This document shows, piece by piece, positions 27,850 to 40,035 of a stretch of 64,000 bases of DNA; positions within the stretch are counted from its first letter, which is position 1, and each line of letters begins with the position of its first letter. This stretch comes from Octopus sinensis (Eukaryota), in the NCBI RefSeq assembly GCF_006345805.1, contig NC_043005.1, positions 1,674,001 to 1,738,000 on the forward strand, in the 5' to 3' direction. The translations under genes were made by a program, and so were the position numbers. The notes below the pieces were generated by a model. That model made no database searches. It had not been told where the DNA came from and saw only the letters and a program-made list of their open reading frames with translations.

Positions 27850-27990
27850 CCACCCTGCATAAGAGGTGCAGTGGAATCACAGGTAGATTAACAGATAAAG
27901 TTGTCTTTGTATGTGGCAGATGTGCAAGAACAATAAGCACTAGGAGCACATGGGACCTAGATTCTCTCAAATGCCCAGGAATAAACTTTG
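27850..27990 (+). mobile_element. RTE LINE fragment (post-RT cysteine-rich region)
   Basis: HKRCSGITGRL...FVCGRC. Confidence 0.6.
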
Positions 27991-29289
27991 CAGGGGACTA
28001 TCCATTGAAACCATCTCAACCTGGGTAGGAATGGTTTAATCCAAATAATTGCAACAGACTGAATTCCTCTAACAACAACAGCCAAAGACCAAGTGCTGGT
28101 GTTCACCAAGGCTGTGTGTTAAGTCTACCACTGATTAAAATGAATCAATAAAAAACCATGGTATTCTATTGAAGCAGCAACACTTGGAAGTTTCCAACTG
28201 AAAGGGAAAAAAACAATTTGAAGAGAGACACAAATGTATTCCAGGAGGAGACAGAAGCTAAGCAGAACAAAGAATGGTTGATGGAGACGGGTGGGAGACA
28301 GGGAGGACATGTGGGTCAATAACGATATACTTGGGGGTGTGGCTGTAGTTTATATTCACCTAAGTACATGACTGGTACTTCTGTTATTGAGAAAAGGAAA
28401 GATCAATGTCAGAAAGCAGGAATAAAGCTTAGAAAAGAAAGAAATGGAAGTAAATTGCACAAAGCATTTTGTCTGATGCTCCACCGATTCTGACATTCTG
28501 ACTCTCCCATTTAGTGAAACCCAACGATGATGCAACACATTATATGATAATGTCATTATTTAAGATTGGGTTTCATCATTACATAACGTAATGTATGTTA
28601 AAGAGGACATTTGAAGATTAATTATTATGTAATATAGATCAACAACAAATAATATTAAAAGTCTTGACATAGGCAGAGCACATAATCAATCTAGAAACAG
28701 CAGACACCATGGACAAACTATTTCCGGGATTTGGAACTGAATTTGACGTCAATGGTAAGGAGATTAAAATTCTGATGACAGCCAATGAAAGCCACAAATA
28801 ACGGTAATTCTGGTCTGTATTACTGAAAAGGAAAATAATTGTAATAGTAAACGCAATGAAAATCAGAGATGGTGGTGGTGGTGGGGGGGGGGGAGAAGGC
28901 CTTGAGATAAGGAGTGTCTTGCAGGGTTTATTACTCCAACAAAATATAAAAGAAATAGGAAAAATTCTTTATAAAATATGAAAAGTGATGTAGAATTCTC
29001 TATATCAAAAGAAACCAACTGTTGGTCATAACACTCATACACACACATGGTTGTGTGTGTTTGTGTATACATTATATATATATATGCATGTGTGTGTGTG
29101 TGTTTTACTTATTTCATGACTGTGGTCATGGTGGGGCAGCACCTTGAAGCATTTTAGCTGAAGGAATTTATCCCAGACTAATTTCTTTTTAAGCTTGTTA
29201 ATTATTCTGTCAGTTTCTTTTCTCTACTTGCTGAATTTCAGGGATGTAAACATATCAACACCAGTTGTCAAGTGTTGGTGGGGGAACAA

Positions 29290-29328
<39 letters not shown>

Positions 29329-29686
29329 AGCTCCTTTCAGATTCTGTTGACCAAATCCACTCACAATAGCTTTGGTCAGCTTCAAGCTGTAATAGAAAAC
29401 ACTCTCCAAAGTTGCCCTGCAATGGGACTGAACCAATATGTGCATACATACATACATACATACATACATACGTACATATATATATGTGTGTGTGTGTGTA
29501 TATATGGAATTTATAAAAGAACAAAACAAAAGATGAAGACGGGTGTGTAAACAACAAACAAATGTATTAGTTTAAGCTCAGGAAGTGAGAAAGTCTTTAA
29601 CGTTTCGAGCCTACGCTCTTCGACAGAAAAGAACACAGAATTAAACAGGGGGCGAAAAAAAGAGGGAGAGAAAATATATATGTATA

Positions 29687-29730
<44 letters not shown>

Positions 29731-29733
<3 letters not shown>

Positions 29734-30008
29734 TCATCATCATCATCATCATTTAGCGTCCGCTTTCCATGCTAGCATGGGTTGGACAGTTCAACTGGGG
29801 TCTGTGAAGCTTGAAGGCTTCGTCAGGCCCAGTCAGATCTGGCAGTGTTTCTACGGCTGGATGCTCTTCCTAACGCCATCCAGCCGTAGAAACACTGCCA
29901 GATCTGACTGGGCCTGACGAAGCCTTCAAGCTTCACAGACCCCAGTTGAACCGTCCAACCCATGCTAGCATGGAAAGCGGACGCTAAATGATGATGATGA
30001 TGATGATG

Positions 30009-30010
<2 letters not shown>
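29731..30010. repeat. Fold-back inverted duplication of a (GAT)n-tailed SINE-like 3' end
   Basis: Arms 29731-29863 and 29877-30010 are near-identical, separated by the 13-nt spacer ctcttcctaacgc; (TA)n on both sides. Confidence 0.92.
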
Positions 30011-30043
<33 letters not shown>

Positions 30044-30527
30044 TATACATATATATACATACATATATATGGCCGATGCCAGACCCCTCTGGCACCTGTG
30101 CAGGTGGCACGTAAAAAACACCCACTACACTTGCGGAGTGGTTGGCGTTAGGAAGGGCATCCAGCTGTAGAAACACTGCCAGACTAGACTGGAGCCTGGG
30201 GCAGTCCCTAGCTCCCCAGACCCTGGTCGAAACCGTCCAACCCGTGCTAGCGTGGAAAACGGACGTTAAACGATGATGATGATGATGATGATGATGATAT
30301 ATATATATATATATATATACAAAGAGCAATAAAGATTCAAGTTAATTTAAAAAAATTTACTTGAATATGGTACCTAACTTAGATGCACCAAAAAAAACTA
30401 TACTGATTTAACAATACAGTAATGTGGGGTGATTATAAGCGAGAAAGAAGCAACAAGAATATATATATGGGTCCTGCTCATGCTAGCATGGAAGACAGAC
30501 ATTAAATGATGATGATGATATATATAT

Positions 30528-30569
<42 letters not shown>

Positions 30570-30592
30570 CATATATATACATATATATACAT

Positions 30593-30664
<72 letters not shown>

Positions 30665-30713
30665 ATGGGTCCTGCTCATGCTAGTATGGAAGACGGACAT
30701 TAAATGATGATGA

Positions 30714-30782
<69 letters not shown>

Positions 30783-30789
30783 TATACAT

Positions 30790-30838
<49 letters not shown>

Positions 30839-31148
30839 CTCTGTTGAACTGGATGGACGTCTTTTGTTTCTCTCTCCCAAAGTCAGTAGCAAGCTACACA
30901 GCTTCAAAACTTAACTGACCTTAAATATATATATATGTTTGTAACCAAGTGTTTGCCTACAAACCTGTAAGTACGTTTTTATTTAACTACAAATTGTTAT
31001 ATACACTTGTTTTTCTTTTAATATCTTCAAACAACCAAATAATCAAAAACTCACACCCTCAAGAGAGAACATTTATATATATATACACTTCTTTAACTCC
31101 CAAGAAAGAATATATATATATATCAAAAAAATCAAAAGAAAAACAAAC

Positions 31149-32332
31149 ATGACTAACTTGCAGGCCTGCAACAGACGAAATTGGTCCGATAATGAAATTG
31201 ATGTTTTAATAAACACTTGGTTCTCTCTTTCCCAAACAGAAAATTTTAATGTTTTGTGTTTGAATGAGATTGCCGAAAAAACATCACAAGTGGTCAACAC
31301 ACGATCCGTCAAACAGATTCGTGGTAAACTGAAACATATCGAAGTATCTTTCAAACTGACAAAAGGCCATTTTGAAAAGCTTCTTTATATTTTCACTGTT
31401 CAAGAACAGCAACAGCTAGAAAATCAACAGCCACAACAACAACAACAACAGAATGAGCCACTCCTGGTTCCCAGCACAATGGCTGACCCTAACATCGGTC
31501 AAGCACAACAACAACAACAACAGCCACTCCTCAACTCTAGCATACTAGACGATTCACTAAATGCCAGTATCTTTTCACAGCAACCACCACAATTATAATC
31601 ATCATCATCCCCACTGCTGCCACCATCGTCTTCTATCACCAAAAACCAAAAAGGAAACCACTGCTCTCTTCCCCCACATCACCATCTCAATACTACTGCA
31701 GTAACAAAAACTTAAAGAAACATAGGAAGCAGAATGCGCCCCCCACGGCACAAACAAGAAATCCCCAAATATGCCGCTATTCACTGCGCCAGAGACTCTG
31801 CACAAATAGTGGCTGCATCTTCACGCATCTACCCGGCACTAGACGCACTACCGGCCAAGGCCAAAGCACGCATCCCACAATAACATCAACACCACCAAAT
31901 AGTAAATCGAAATTCAAAACACACACAACTCGGAGTCCCAAAATCTGCCGGTATTCCCAACGTGAGAGAACATGTCTGCTGAGTGACTGTCCCTTCACTC
32001 ATCTTCCAGGGACCCGACGCACAAACAGAAACGGGGCCTCAAGCCAACACACAAACCTGAATAACAATAAAAATAGAAACACACCATGCTGCAGTAATGC
32101 TGGTCCAGTCTTTTCAGGAAGACACAAAAACAACAACAACAAAAGTGGAAACTACAACCCTATCCAACAGTGCAACCACACCTCCAGCCAAAAACTGCTC
32201 CCTAAGCAGGAAAATTCTTTTTTAGCCATGTTGAACATGGCAAAAGAGACATACAAAAATATTCTAGCCATCACTCAACACCATCCTATGCTATTACCCC
32301 AGTGCACCAATTCCCCACATTGCTGCCACTAG
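31149..32332 (+). pseudogene. LINE ORF1: Myb/SANT-like N-terminus, Gln-rich linker, two C-x8-C-x4-C-x3-H zinc fingers (one frame break near 31540-31650)
   Basis: ATG 31149 gives RRNWSDNEIDVLINTW...RSVKQIRGKLKHI. A second frame, open from 31541 to 32332, gives ICRYSLRQRLCTNSGCIFTH and ICRYSQRERTCLLSDCPFTH. Confidence 0.72.
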
Positions 32333-35254
32333 CACACACAAAAAATCCAAGCCCCCTGCAACAGTCAAAACCAGCCACTACACTAACCTCCACATTTCTA
32401 CTCAATGCACAAGGTGTCAGCCCTTCCATCAATGCACAAAAATGGAAGGTCCAATTCATTGAAGACTGGGTTGGTAACCATCCACACCACATCCCTTTCT
32501 TCATTCTCACTGAGACCCACCTTGACAACTCCCACTTGGAAGCCGAAGTGAGAGTGAAGAATTTCACAACCATCCGCGCGGATCGTATCGGCAGAAGGAA
32601 GGGTGGAACTGCCATTTTCCTGCATGATTCGTTTACGGCAGATGGAAATAGTATATTCTCCAACGGCTACTGTGAATCAGTCACTGTGCACAACAAAGCC
32701 AATGACCTGACAGTAATTGGGCTCTATAGGCCGCCCCAAACACCCATACTGTGCTTTAAAGAATGCCTCAACAGCATTAAGTGCTTTATTCAACAGTGCC
32801 ATTCTAGCAACCTACTCATGATGGGAGACTTCAATCTACCCTGTGTTGACTGGACTACAAACTGTTTGAAACCAAGCACTCCCGCCTCAACCGCTGACAA
32901 AGAAGCAGTAGAGTCACTTTTCGACTTTACGAATGAGTTTTTCTTGTCCCAACTTGTCCTTGCACCAACAAGACATCAGAACATTTTGGACCTAGTGTTT
33001 AGTAACCACACTAACACTATACATAACGTTACAGTGGAAAAAACCCTTCTTTCAGACCATGACATGGTTCTCTGTAACATGAAATTCCACCAGCCGAAAG
33101 CTAATCCTAGTGACCTCCCTCCAGCCCACCCATTTGACAACATGGATCTCCATAATGCCTTGGCAGATCTTTGTAGACACTGTCACAGACATATGTGCAA
33201 AACACTCCCCACCAAGACCTGTGAACAAAAAGTGCAGAATCCCCCAAAACAGAAAAACCATTATCAGAAAAATAAAAAGAACAAACAAAAAAATTAACAA
33301 ACTAAAGTACTGCCAACAGCAACACACACATTCGACGGCTATCGCACTGCTTGAATCCAAAAAATATAACCTCCAACAATGCATGAAGACCCTCATCAAT
33401 AACCAAAGATCAGCTGAGGAGAAGTGGGCCATTGAAAAAATCAAACTCAACCCCAAAGTGTTCTTTTCATTTGCGAGGAAACGCAGGGTCACTGTCTCCA
33501 TTGTTGGCCCTCTAATTGATGAAACTGGCACTCTCCAAGATAATGCCAAATCCATGGCCGAGATACTGCAGAAACAATACTGCTCTGTTTTCAGCAATCC
33601 TGATATGGCCGATCTGGGCTGTATCAGTGATGTCAACCCCCAACACACTATATCGGACATAACGTTTAGTGCCCCTGATGTCTTAGCGGCGATAAACGAA
33701 ATAAAACACAATTCAGCAGTAGGCCCTGATAGGTTCCCTGCTTGTGTCCTGAAGGTGTGTCGACACCAACTTGCATCTCCCCTTGCTAATCTGTGGAGAA
33801 ACTCACTGGATGCTGGCTATATTCCAAAAAACCTTCTGTCCCAGTCTGTTGTCCCAGTTTTCAAAAAGGGAAACAAGTCCCTTGCAGTGAACTACTGTCC
33901 GATCTCACTCACCTCTCATATCATCAAGGTATTTGAGAGGGTGGTGAGATCTCGAATAACCCAATTTATGGAAAGCAACAGACGGCTGATCTCCAACCAA
34001 CATGGGTTCCGTAATGGAAGGGACTGCCTAACGCAGCTCCTGCATCACTTTGAGGACATTTTGAGAGCTTTGGGAGAGGGCTCCAACACTGATGTCACCT
34101 ACCTTGATTTCAGTAAGGCCTTCGACAGGGTCGATCACAAGATCCTATTGAAAAAACTATCCAACATTGGTGTCTCTGGAAAGTTACTGAAATGGATCAA
34201 GTGTTTCCTGACAGACAGATCTCAACATGTTGTAGTTGAAGGGGTAAAATCAAGCCCAGCCAAAGTCAGTAGTGGCGTTCCGCAAGGCACTGTGCTGGGC
34301 CCACTTCTTTTCATCATTTACATTAATGACATTAATGACATCATCAAGCACAGCAACATAAAAATCTTTGCAGATGATTCCAAGCTACAGAAGGTCATAA
34401 ATGAGGCGAGTGACCGGACATGCCTTCAGTCAGATCTACTGGCTGTTATCCAATAGGCAGAAAAAAACAATATGCTGCTGAATGAGGATAAATTTGAGTT
34501 AATCCACTTTGGAAAAGAGTTTGCCCTGAAACTCCCATACTCCCTTCCTTCAGGTGAAACTCTCATGGCATCCAACAATATCAGAGACTTGGGAGTAATT
34601 GTGGACAACAACATAAGCTGGGCCACTCATATAAACACCAAAGTTGACATGGCCCGCAGAATGTGTTCCTGGATTCTCAGAACTTTCCAGTCGAGAGATA
34701 TCCACACCATTATCCTTCTCTTCTCCACTTTTGCCAGACCCCACCTTGAATACTGTTGTCCACTGTGGTCTCCCCACACAATACAAGGTATCATAAAAGT
34801 TGAAGCACCCCAAAGGGCAATCACAAAAAAGATAGATGGCATGACAGGCCTCGACTATTGGGGTCGACTAGAAAAGCTAAAACTCTATTCTCTCCAACGT
34901 CGTCGTGAGCGCTACATCATCTGCATGATGTGGAAAATATTCCATCAGCATTGCCCAAATGATGTTGGCATCACCTTTAAGGTACATCCAAGGCTTGGGC
35001 CCCGTGCCATCCGCCCAAAACAAAAATCGCACTCTCATCTCATAACAACAATACGGCACAATTATTTCACCTCAATTGGCCCCGCTCTCTTTAACATTAC
35101 ACCAAAACACATTAAAACAGAAACTGACCCTATAGGGTTCAAGAAGTCTTTGGACAGATTCCTTCAAGAAATCCCGGATAAACCCCCTACACCCGGATAT
35201 GTCTCTGTAAACAATAACTCTCTACTTGAGTGGGCCATAGTGCCCAAATTCTGA
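32302..35254 (+). pseudogene. LINE ORF2: APE endonuclease + reverse transcriptase; one frameshift (~33150) and one nonsense codon (34454 TAG)
   Basis: ILTETHL, GLYRPP, MGDFNLP, LDLVF, SDHD (APE); YLDFSKAFDRVDH, SGVPQGTVLGPLLF, FADD, RPHLEYC, LYSLQRRRER (RT). Confidence 0.93.
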
Positions 35255-36019
35255 CTTGAAAGACTTCACCAGGTGGTGCTATTAAGTTAGACATGGCCTG
35301 GGCCAATAATGGCTGAAACCTATCAAAGTATCAAAGTATCAAAGTATCAAAGTATATACATATACATATATATATGGGTCCTGCTCATGCTAGTATGGAA
35401 GACGGACATTAAATGATGATGATGATGATATATATATATATGAAATAGTAAAGGTGGCTGAAATCATTTTAAGACTGAAAAGGCTATAATTCTATATGTA
35501 TGTATGCATGTGCATGGATGTATTCACATATATGTTTGTATGTGTGTGTGTATGTATGTATTACGTATGTATGTGTGTGTGTAATATTTATATATATATA
35601 TCATCATCATCGTTTAACATCCACCTTCCGTGCTGGTAAGGGTATCACCAAGGAGTTGTGAGTGGTGAGAATCTGGGTATATAGAGGGGGGAAGGGATGG
35701 GGGGAAGCAGTGATGCAATGAACAGGGTAGTGAGGACTGGGTGGGGGAGTGGGGGTGGGGAATGCTGTAAGTGGTTAGAACGTGGGTATGTAGGGGTGGA
35801 AGTGGACAGGGGGAAGCTGAGTAGGACCAATTGGATTGGGGAGGGGGAAATAATGGTTGTGTATGAAGAGGAAAAAGAAGAGAAGAGAAGCAGTTTGGGG
35901 AGCAAAGTGGATGGGGTGGATGTAGTTTGGTTTGTTGAGGATTAGGATGTGTGAAAGTCTTATTGTGGGACAACGCTTCTAGAATGGGTCTTCTCTACAA
36001 CCTCATATCACCAGACCTT

Positions 36020-36120
36020 TCCGTCCAGTATTATTTCTTTCGTGAGTCCGAACATCCTGTGACCAGTCCTCACCACTTCATCCCATGTCTTCCTGGGTCT
36101 TTCTCTTCCGCAAGTGTCAG
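36020..36120 (-). mobile_element. RTE LINE C-terminal fragment
   Basis: Minus strand reads TCGRERPRKTWDEVVR. Confidence 0.65.
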
Positions 36121-36542
36121 GTATATATATATATATATATATATCATCATCATCATCTAGCGTCCGCTTTCCATGCTAGCATGGGTTGGACGGTTCAACT
36201 GGGGTCTGTGAAGATGGAAGGCTTCGTCAGGCCCAGTCAGATCTGGCAGTGTTTCTACAGCTGGATGCCCCTCCTAACGCCAACCACTCCGTGAGTGTAG
36301 TGGGTGCTTTTTACATGCCACCCGCACAGGTGCCAGACGGAGCTGGCAAACGGCCATGAACGGATGGTGCTTTTACGTGCCACCGGCACGGGGGCCAGGC
36401 GAGGCTGGCAACGGACACGAATGGATGGTGCTTTTACGTGCCACGAGGCCAGTCGGAGCGGCGCTGACAACGGTCAAGAACCAGCGGTCAAGACCGCTGG
36501 CAATGGTCATATATATATATATATATATTTATACATGTATAT

Positions 36543-37380
36543 GGAGGACATTCATAAGCTTGAAAGAAACGAAGCCAGTCTGTTTCACTGGATGTGCAAT
36601 GCCAGTGTGCATGTTCAACAGCGTGTAAGCATCTTGAGAGAAAAGTCAGGCATGAGGGGCATCAGGTGTGGTGTGCAAGAGAGACGGCTGCACCAGTATG
36701 ATCACGTGATGTGTATAGATGAAGACAGCTGTGTAAAGAAGTGCCAATCTCTAACTGTGGAGGGAACCTGTGGTAGAGGTAGACCCAGGAAGACATGGGA
36801 TGAGGTGGTGAAGCGTGATTTTCGAACTTTGACCCTCACAAAGGCAATGGACTAGTGACCAAGAACTTTTGTGATGTGTTGTGCTTGAGAAGACCCGTCA
36901 AGACAAGTGAAGTCATGGTAATGGCCAATGCTGGGGTCACGTAGCTGGCACTCATGCTGGTGGCATGTAAAGAGCACTTTTCGAGGATTGGGAATCACAA
37001 ATGCAAAGTGGTTGAGTTTCTTTCAAGCGTTGGGCCTCAGGGAGGCAAAGTGGCTGAGTTCCTTTCGAGTGCTGGGCCTCACGGAGGCAATGACCAAGAC
37101 CTTTGACATTATGTCGCACTTGAGAAGAAGACCCATCAAGCCAAGAAAAACTGCAGTTGTGGCAGATACTGGTGTCACACAAATGACACTCATGCCAGTG
37201 GCACATAAAAGCACCCATTACACTTTTGAAGTGGTTGGCATTAGAAGAGCATCCAGCCTTAGAAAACCATGCCAAACTGGGGTCTGGTGTAGTCCTCCAG
37301 ATTACCAGCCCTGGTTAAACCATCCAACCCATGCCAGCATGGACAACGGATATTAAATTATGATGATGACAATAATGATG
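36543..37380 (+). mobile_element. RTE LINE 3' end with 3' UTR and (GAT)n tail
   Basis: KLERNEASLFHWMC...VQERRLH...GTCGRGRPRKTWDEVVK, followed by a UTR ending catccaacccatgccagcatgg...(atg)n. The same 3' sequence ends the abundant short elements. Confidence 0.8.
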
Positions 37381-37754
37381 AGGATAATGATGTATAAGTA
37401 TGTATGTATGTATTTTTGGGTATATATATATAGATATCATAATCGAAAGGCTCTGATTTATAGTGCCTTGAGTTGCTCATTTCTGAATATTCAAAAAGTA
37501 TTTGGAGAATAAATATTCAAAAGAAAACCAGGCTTGGTTTCCCAGAAGCTGTTTGGAAATGAGCAACTCTGAGCCCTGGGAATTGGAGGGTTTCATTGAA
37601 AGCTATTAAAAATTACTCTCCATTTGCACTGAGTTCTGTAATTTATTTTTTCGAGTGAATTTTCTGTCCAATTACCCTCCAACATGGTTATATGATTTTG
37701 CACTAATATATTTATATATATATATATATAAATATGCATGCATATATATATATA

Positions 37755-38290
37755 TCATCATCATCATCATCATCATCATCATTTAACGTCCGCTTTCCAT
37801 GCTAGCATGGGTTGGACGGTTCAACTGGGGTCTGGGGAGCCCGAAAGCTGCACCAGTCCAGTCAGATCTGGCAGTGTTTCTACAGCTGGATGCCCTTCCT
37901 AACGCCAACCACTCCGAGAGTGTAGTGGGTGATTTTATGTGCCACCGACACAGGTGCCAGACGAGGCTGACAAACGGCCACGCTCGGATGGTGTTTTTAT
38001 GTGCCACCGACACAGGTGCCAGACGAGGCTGGCAGACGGCCACGCTCGGATGGTGTTTTTTATGTGCCACCGACACAGGTGCCAGACGAGGCTGGCAGAC
38101 GGCCACGCTCGGATGGTGTTTTTATGTGCCACCGACACAGGTGCCAGACAAGGCTGGCAGACGGCCACGCTCGGATGGTGTTTTTATGTGCCACCGACAC
38201 AGGTGCCAGATGAGGCTGGCAAACGGCCACGATCGGATGGTGCTTGTTACGTGCCCACAGCACGGAGGCCAGTCGATGCGGTACTGGCTA
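37755..38290 (-). mobile_element. (GAT)n-tailed RTE-associated SINE-like element with internal VNTR; related copies at ~27706, 30070, 36143, 41560, 51020, 60218
   Basis: Shared core tttccatgctagcatgggttggacggt...ctggatgcccttcctaacgccaaccactc recurs across the window. Confidence 0.85.
37933..38242. repeat. Tandem array, 5 x ~62 bp, inside the SINE-like element
   Basis: atgtgccaccgacacaggtgccagacgaggctgg... starts at 37937, 37999, 38062, 38124 and 38186. Confidence 0.95.
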
Positions 38291-38316
38291 CACACATATA
38301 TATATACATATATATA

Positions 38317-38455
38317 CTTTATTTAAAAGCAGCAGAAACTCAGAGTAACAGGTTTTGTTGAATTTCTGCTGCGTTTAAATAAAGCATATTACTCTACCCC
38401 TGGTATTTGAGTACTCTTTTTTTCCACCTTGTTTCACATTTACTCCGGTATATAC
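38317..38455 (+). mobile_element. Penelope-like terminal-repeat remnant with a short inverted 5' duplication
   Basis: 22-bp inverted repeat (38317-38338 / 38363-38384) around gaaactcagagtaacagg; lies within (TA)n. Confidence 0.5.
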
Positions 38456-38459
38456 ATAC

Positions 38460-38520
<61 letters not shown>

Positions 38521-39682
38521 CTAGCAGTATTGCCTGGCTTTTGTGCTCATGCGTTCTATGCATGCGTGAATTAAGCTAAACTTGGATGAAGTTCAATCAA
38601 AATTCAATTATTTTGGTTTTAAAATTAAGCATTTAATGCCCTCTATTTTTACGCTTATGTGTTCCATTTCCTCAATAGGAAGTACGTAGAAGCGTTTCAT
38701 AAATTTTTGTTGATCAAATAATTGCATTGTTGAATTATTCTTTTAGATCAGCATTTCTCAACAGAGATTTCTGGGGAGAGTTTCAGGGAGTCGCTGGCGA
38801 TGTATCGTGATGATCAAAAATCCGGCCTGCTAAAATTTGGTTAAAGTGATTCAAACTGCATACTCAACGCAAAATGGTCACATTTAATTCAAAGCGTTAA
38901 AAATGTTATGAAAACAATTGTTATGTGTTCACAAAGTCCAAACGATTAATACGAAAAACCCCTCCAGGCTGCATCCCGAAAATTCATTTCTTTGCCAATT
39001 TCTACGATGTTTACGGCAATTTGTTTCTATGTCTTGATTTTTTTATTTTTCATGCAATTTACGCATGCTTGCATGCGTGGTGAACACAGTTCACGTCAAA
39101 CAGCTGACTGAGTAAGGTTCACTGTTCAATACATGGGATAAGGCCTAAACAAACACATTATCGATTTTTGCACTTGCGAGATGAATTTTGGAATAGAAAT
39201 AGTGCAGTTCAATTTTCATTCTCCTAAACTTTAAGTGACCCATTTTTGGTGGTTCTACGATTTGTTTGCTAGGAGGAGATGTGCCGGGAAGTTAAACACA
39301 CAGACACACAAGTTGAGTTTTATATATATAGATTTCCCCTATCCCCTCACACCACTCTCACTCCACTCGCTATCTTATGTCATTCTATCACTCAGCCATT
39401 ATTTCTTCCAAGGGAGGCTACTCCCTAACATTGATAGTTTTTCTAGAGTTACCTCCTTCAATGCTCAAACTTTAATCTATAATCTATAAGGCCTAAACAA
39501 ACATCATCGATTTTTGCACTTGTGAGATGAATTTCGGAACAGAAATAGCGCAGTTCAATTTTCATTCGCCTAAACTTTAAGTGACCCATTTTTGGTGGTT
39601 CTATGATTTGTTGGCTAGGAGGAGATGTGCCGGGAAGTTAAACACACAGACACACACACAAGTTGAGTTTTATATATATAGA
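38521..39682 (-). mobile_element. Non-autonomous Helitron with duplicated 5' terminus
   Basis: Minus-strand 5' ends A|TCTATATATATAAAA at 39682 and 39332; 3' end ...gccaggcaatactgCTAG|T at 38521 with a decayed hairpin; A|T insertion within (TA)n; ~195-bp direct repeat with a 348-bp offset. Confidence 0.72.
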
Positions 39683-39687
39683 TATAT

Positions 39688-39743
<56 letters not shown>

Positions 39744-39782
39744 ATATATATATATATATATTATTTATATATATATATATAG

Positions 39783-39821
<39 letters not shown>

Positions 39822-39913
39822 ATATATATATATATATATTATATATATATATATATCTATATATATATATATATATTATATATATTATATATTATATATA
39901 TATATATATATAT

Positions 39914-39950
<37 letters not shown>

Positions 39951-39973
39951 TATATATATATATATATAATATA

Positions 39974-40032
<59 letters not shown>
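39683..40032. repeat. Long (TA)n-rich microsatellite; other SSRs include (AGT)n/(AGC)n 42873-42970, (ATT)n/(CTT)n 43850-44065 and (AAT)n 54465-54515
   Basis: Direct inspection; these tracts generate most low-complexity ORFs in the track. Confidence 0.97.

Positions 40033-40035
<3 letters not shown>

Larger units (their letters stand above)
30832..35354 (+). mobile_element. Near full-length CR1/L2-group (Jockey superfamily) LINE
   Basis: 5' UTR with a GGACGT motif, ORF1, ORF2 (APE+RT), short 3' UTR and (tatcaaag)n tail, flanked by a long direct repeat. Confidence 0.88.

Noticed and set aside
28705-28756. ATGGACAAACTATTTCCG...AATG|GTAAGG as an alternative first exon
   Set aside because: The phase fits, but the peptide (MDKLFPGFGTEFDVN) is acidic, not presequence-like, and has no other support. 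RNA-seq would be needed.
29224-30907. Long ORFs rich in YI, HT, CV, poly-L or poly-R (also near 39581, 43643 and 55318)
   Set aside because: They are translations of microsatellites, not proteins.
37933-38242. 62-bp and 71-bp arrays (the latter at 54635) as CRISPR candidates
   Set aside because: No unique spacers, no cas genes, and a eukaryotic context.
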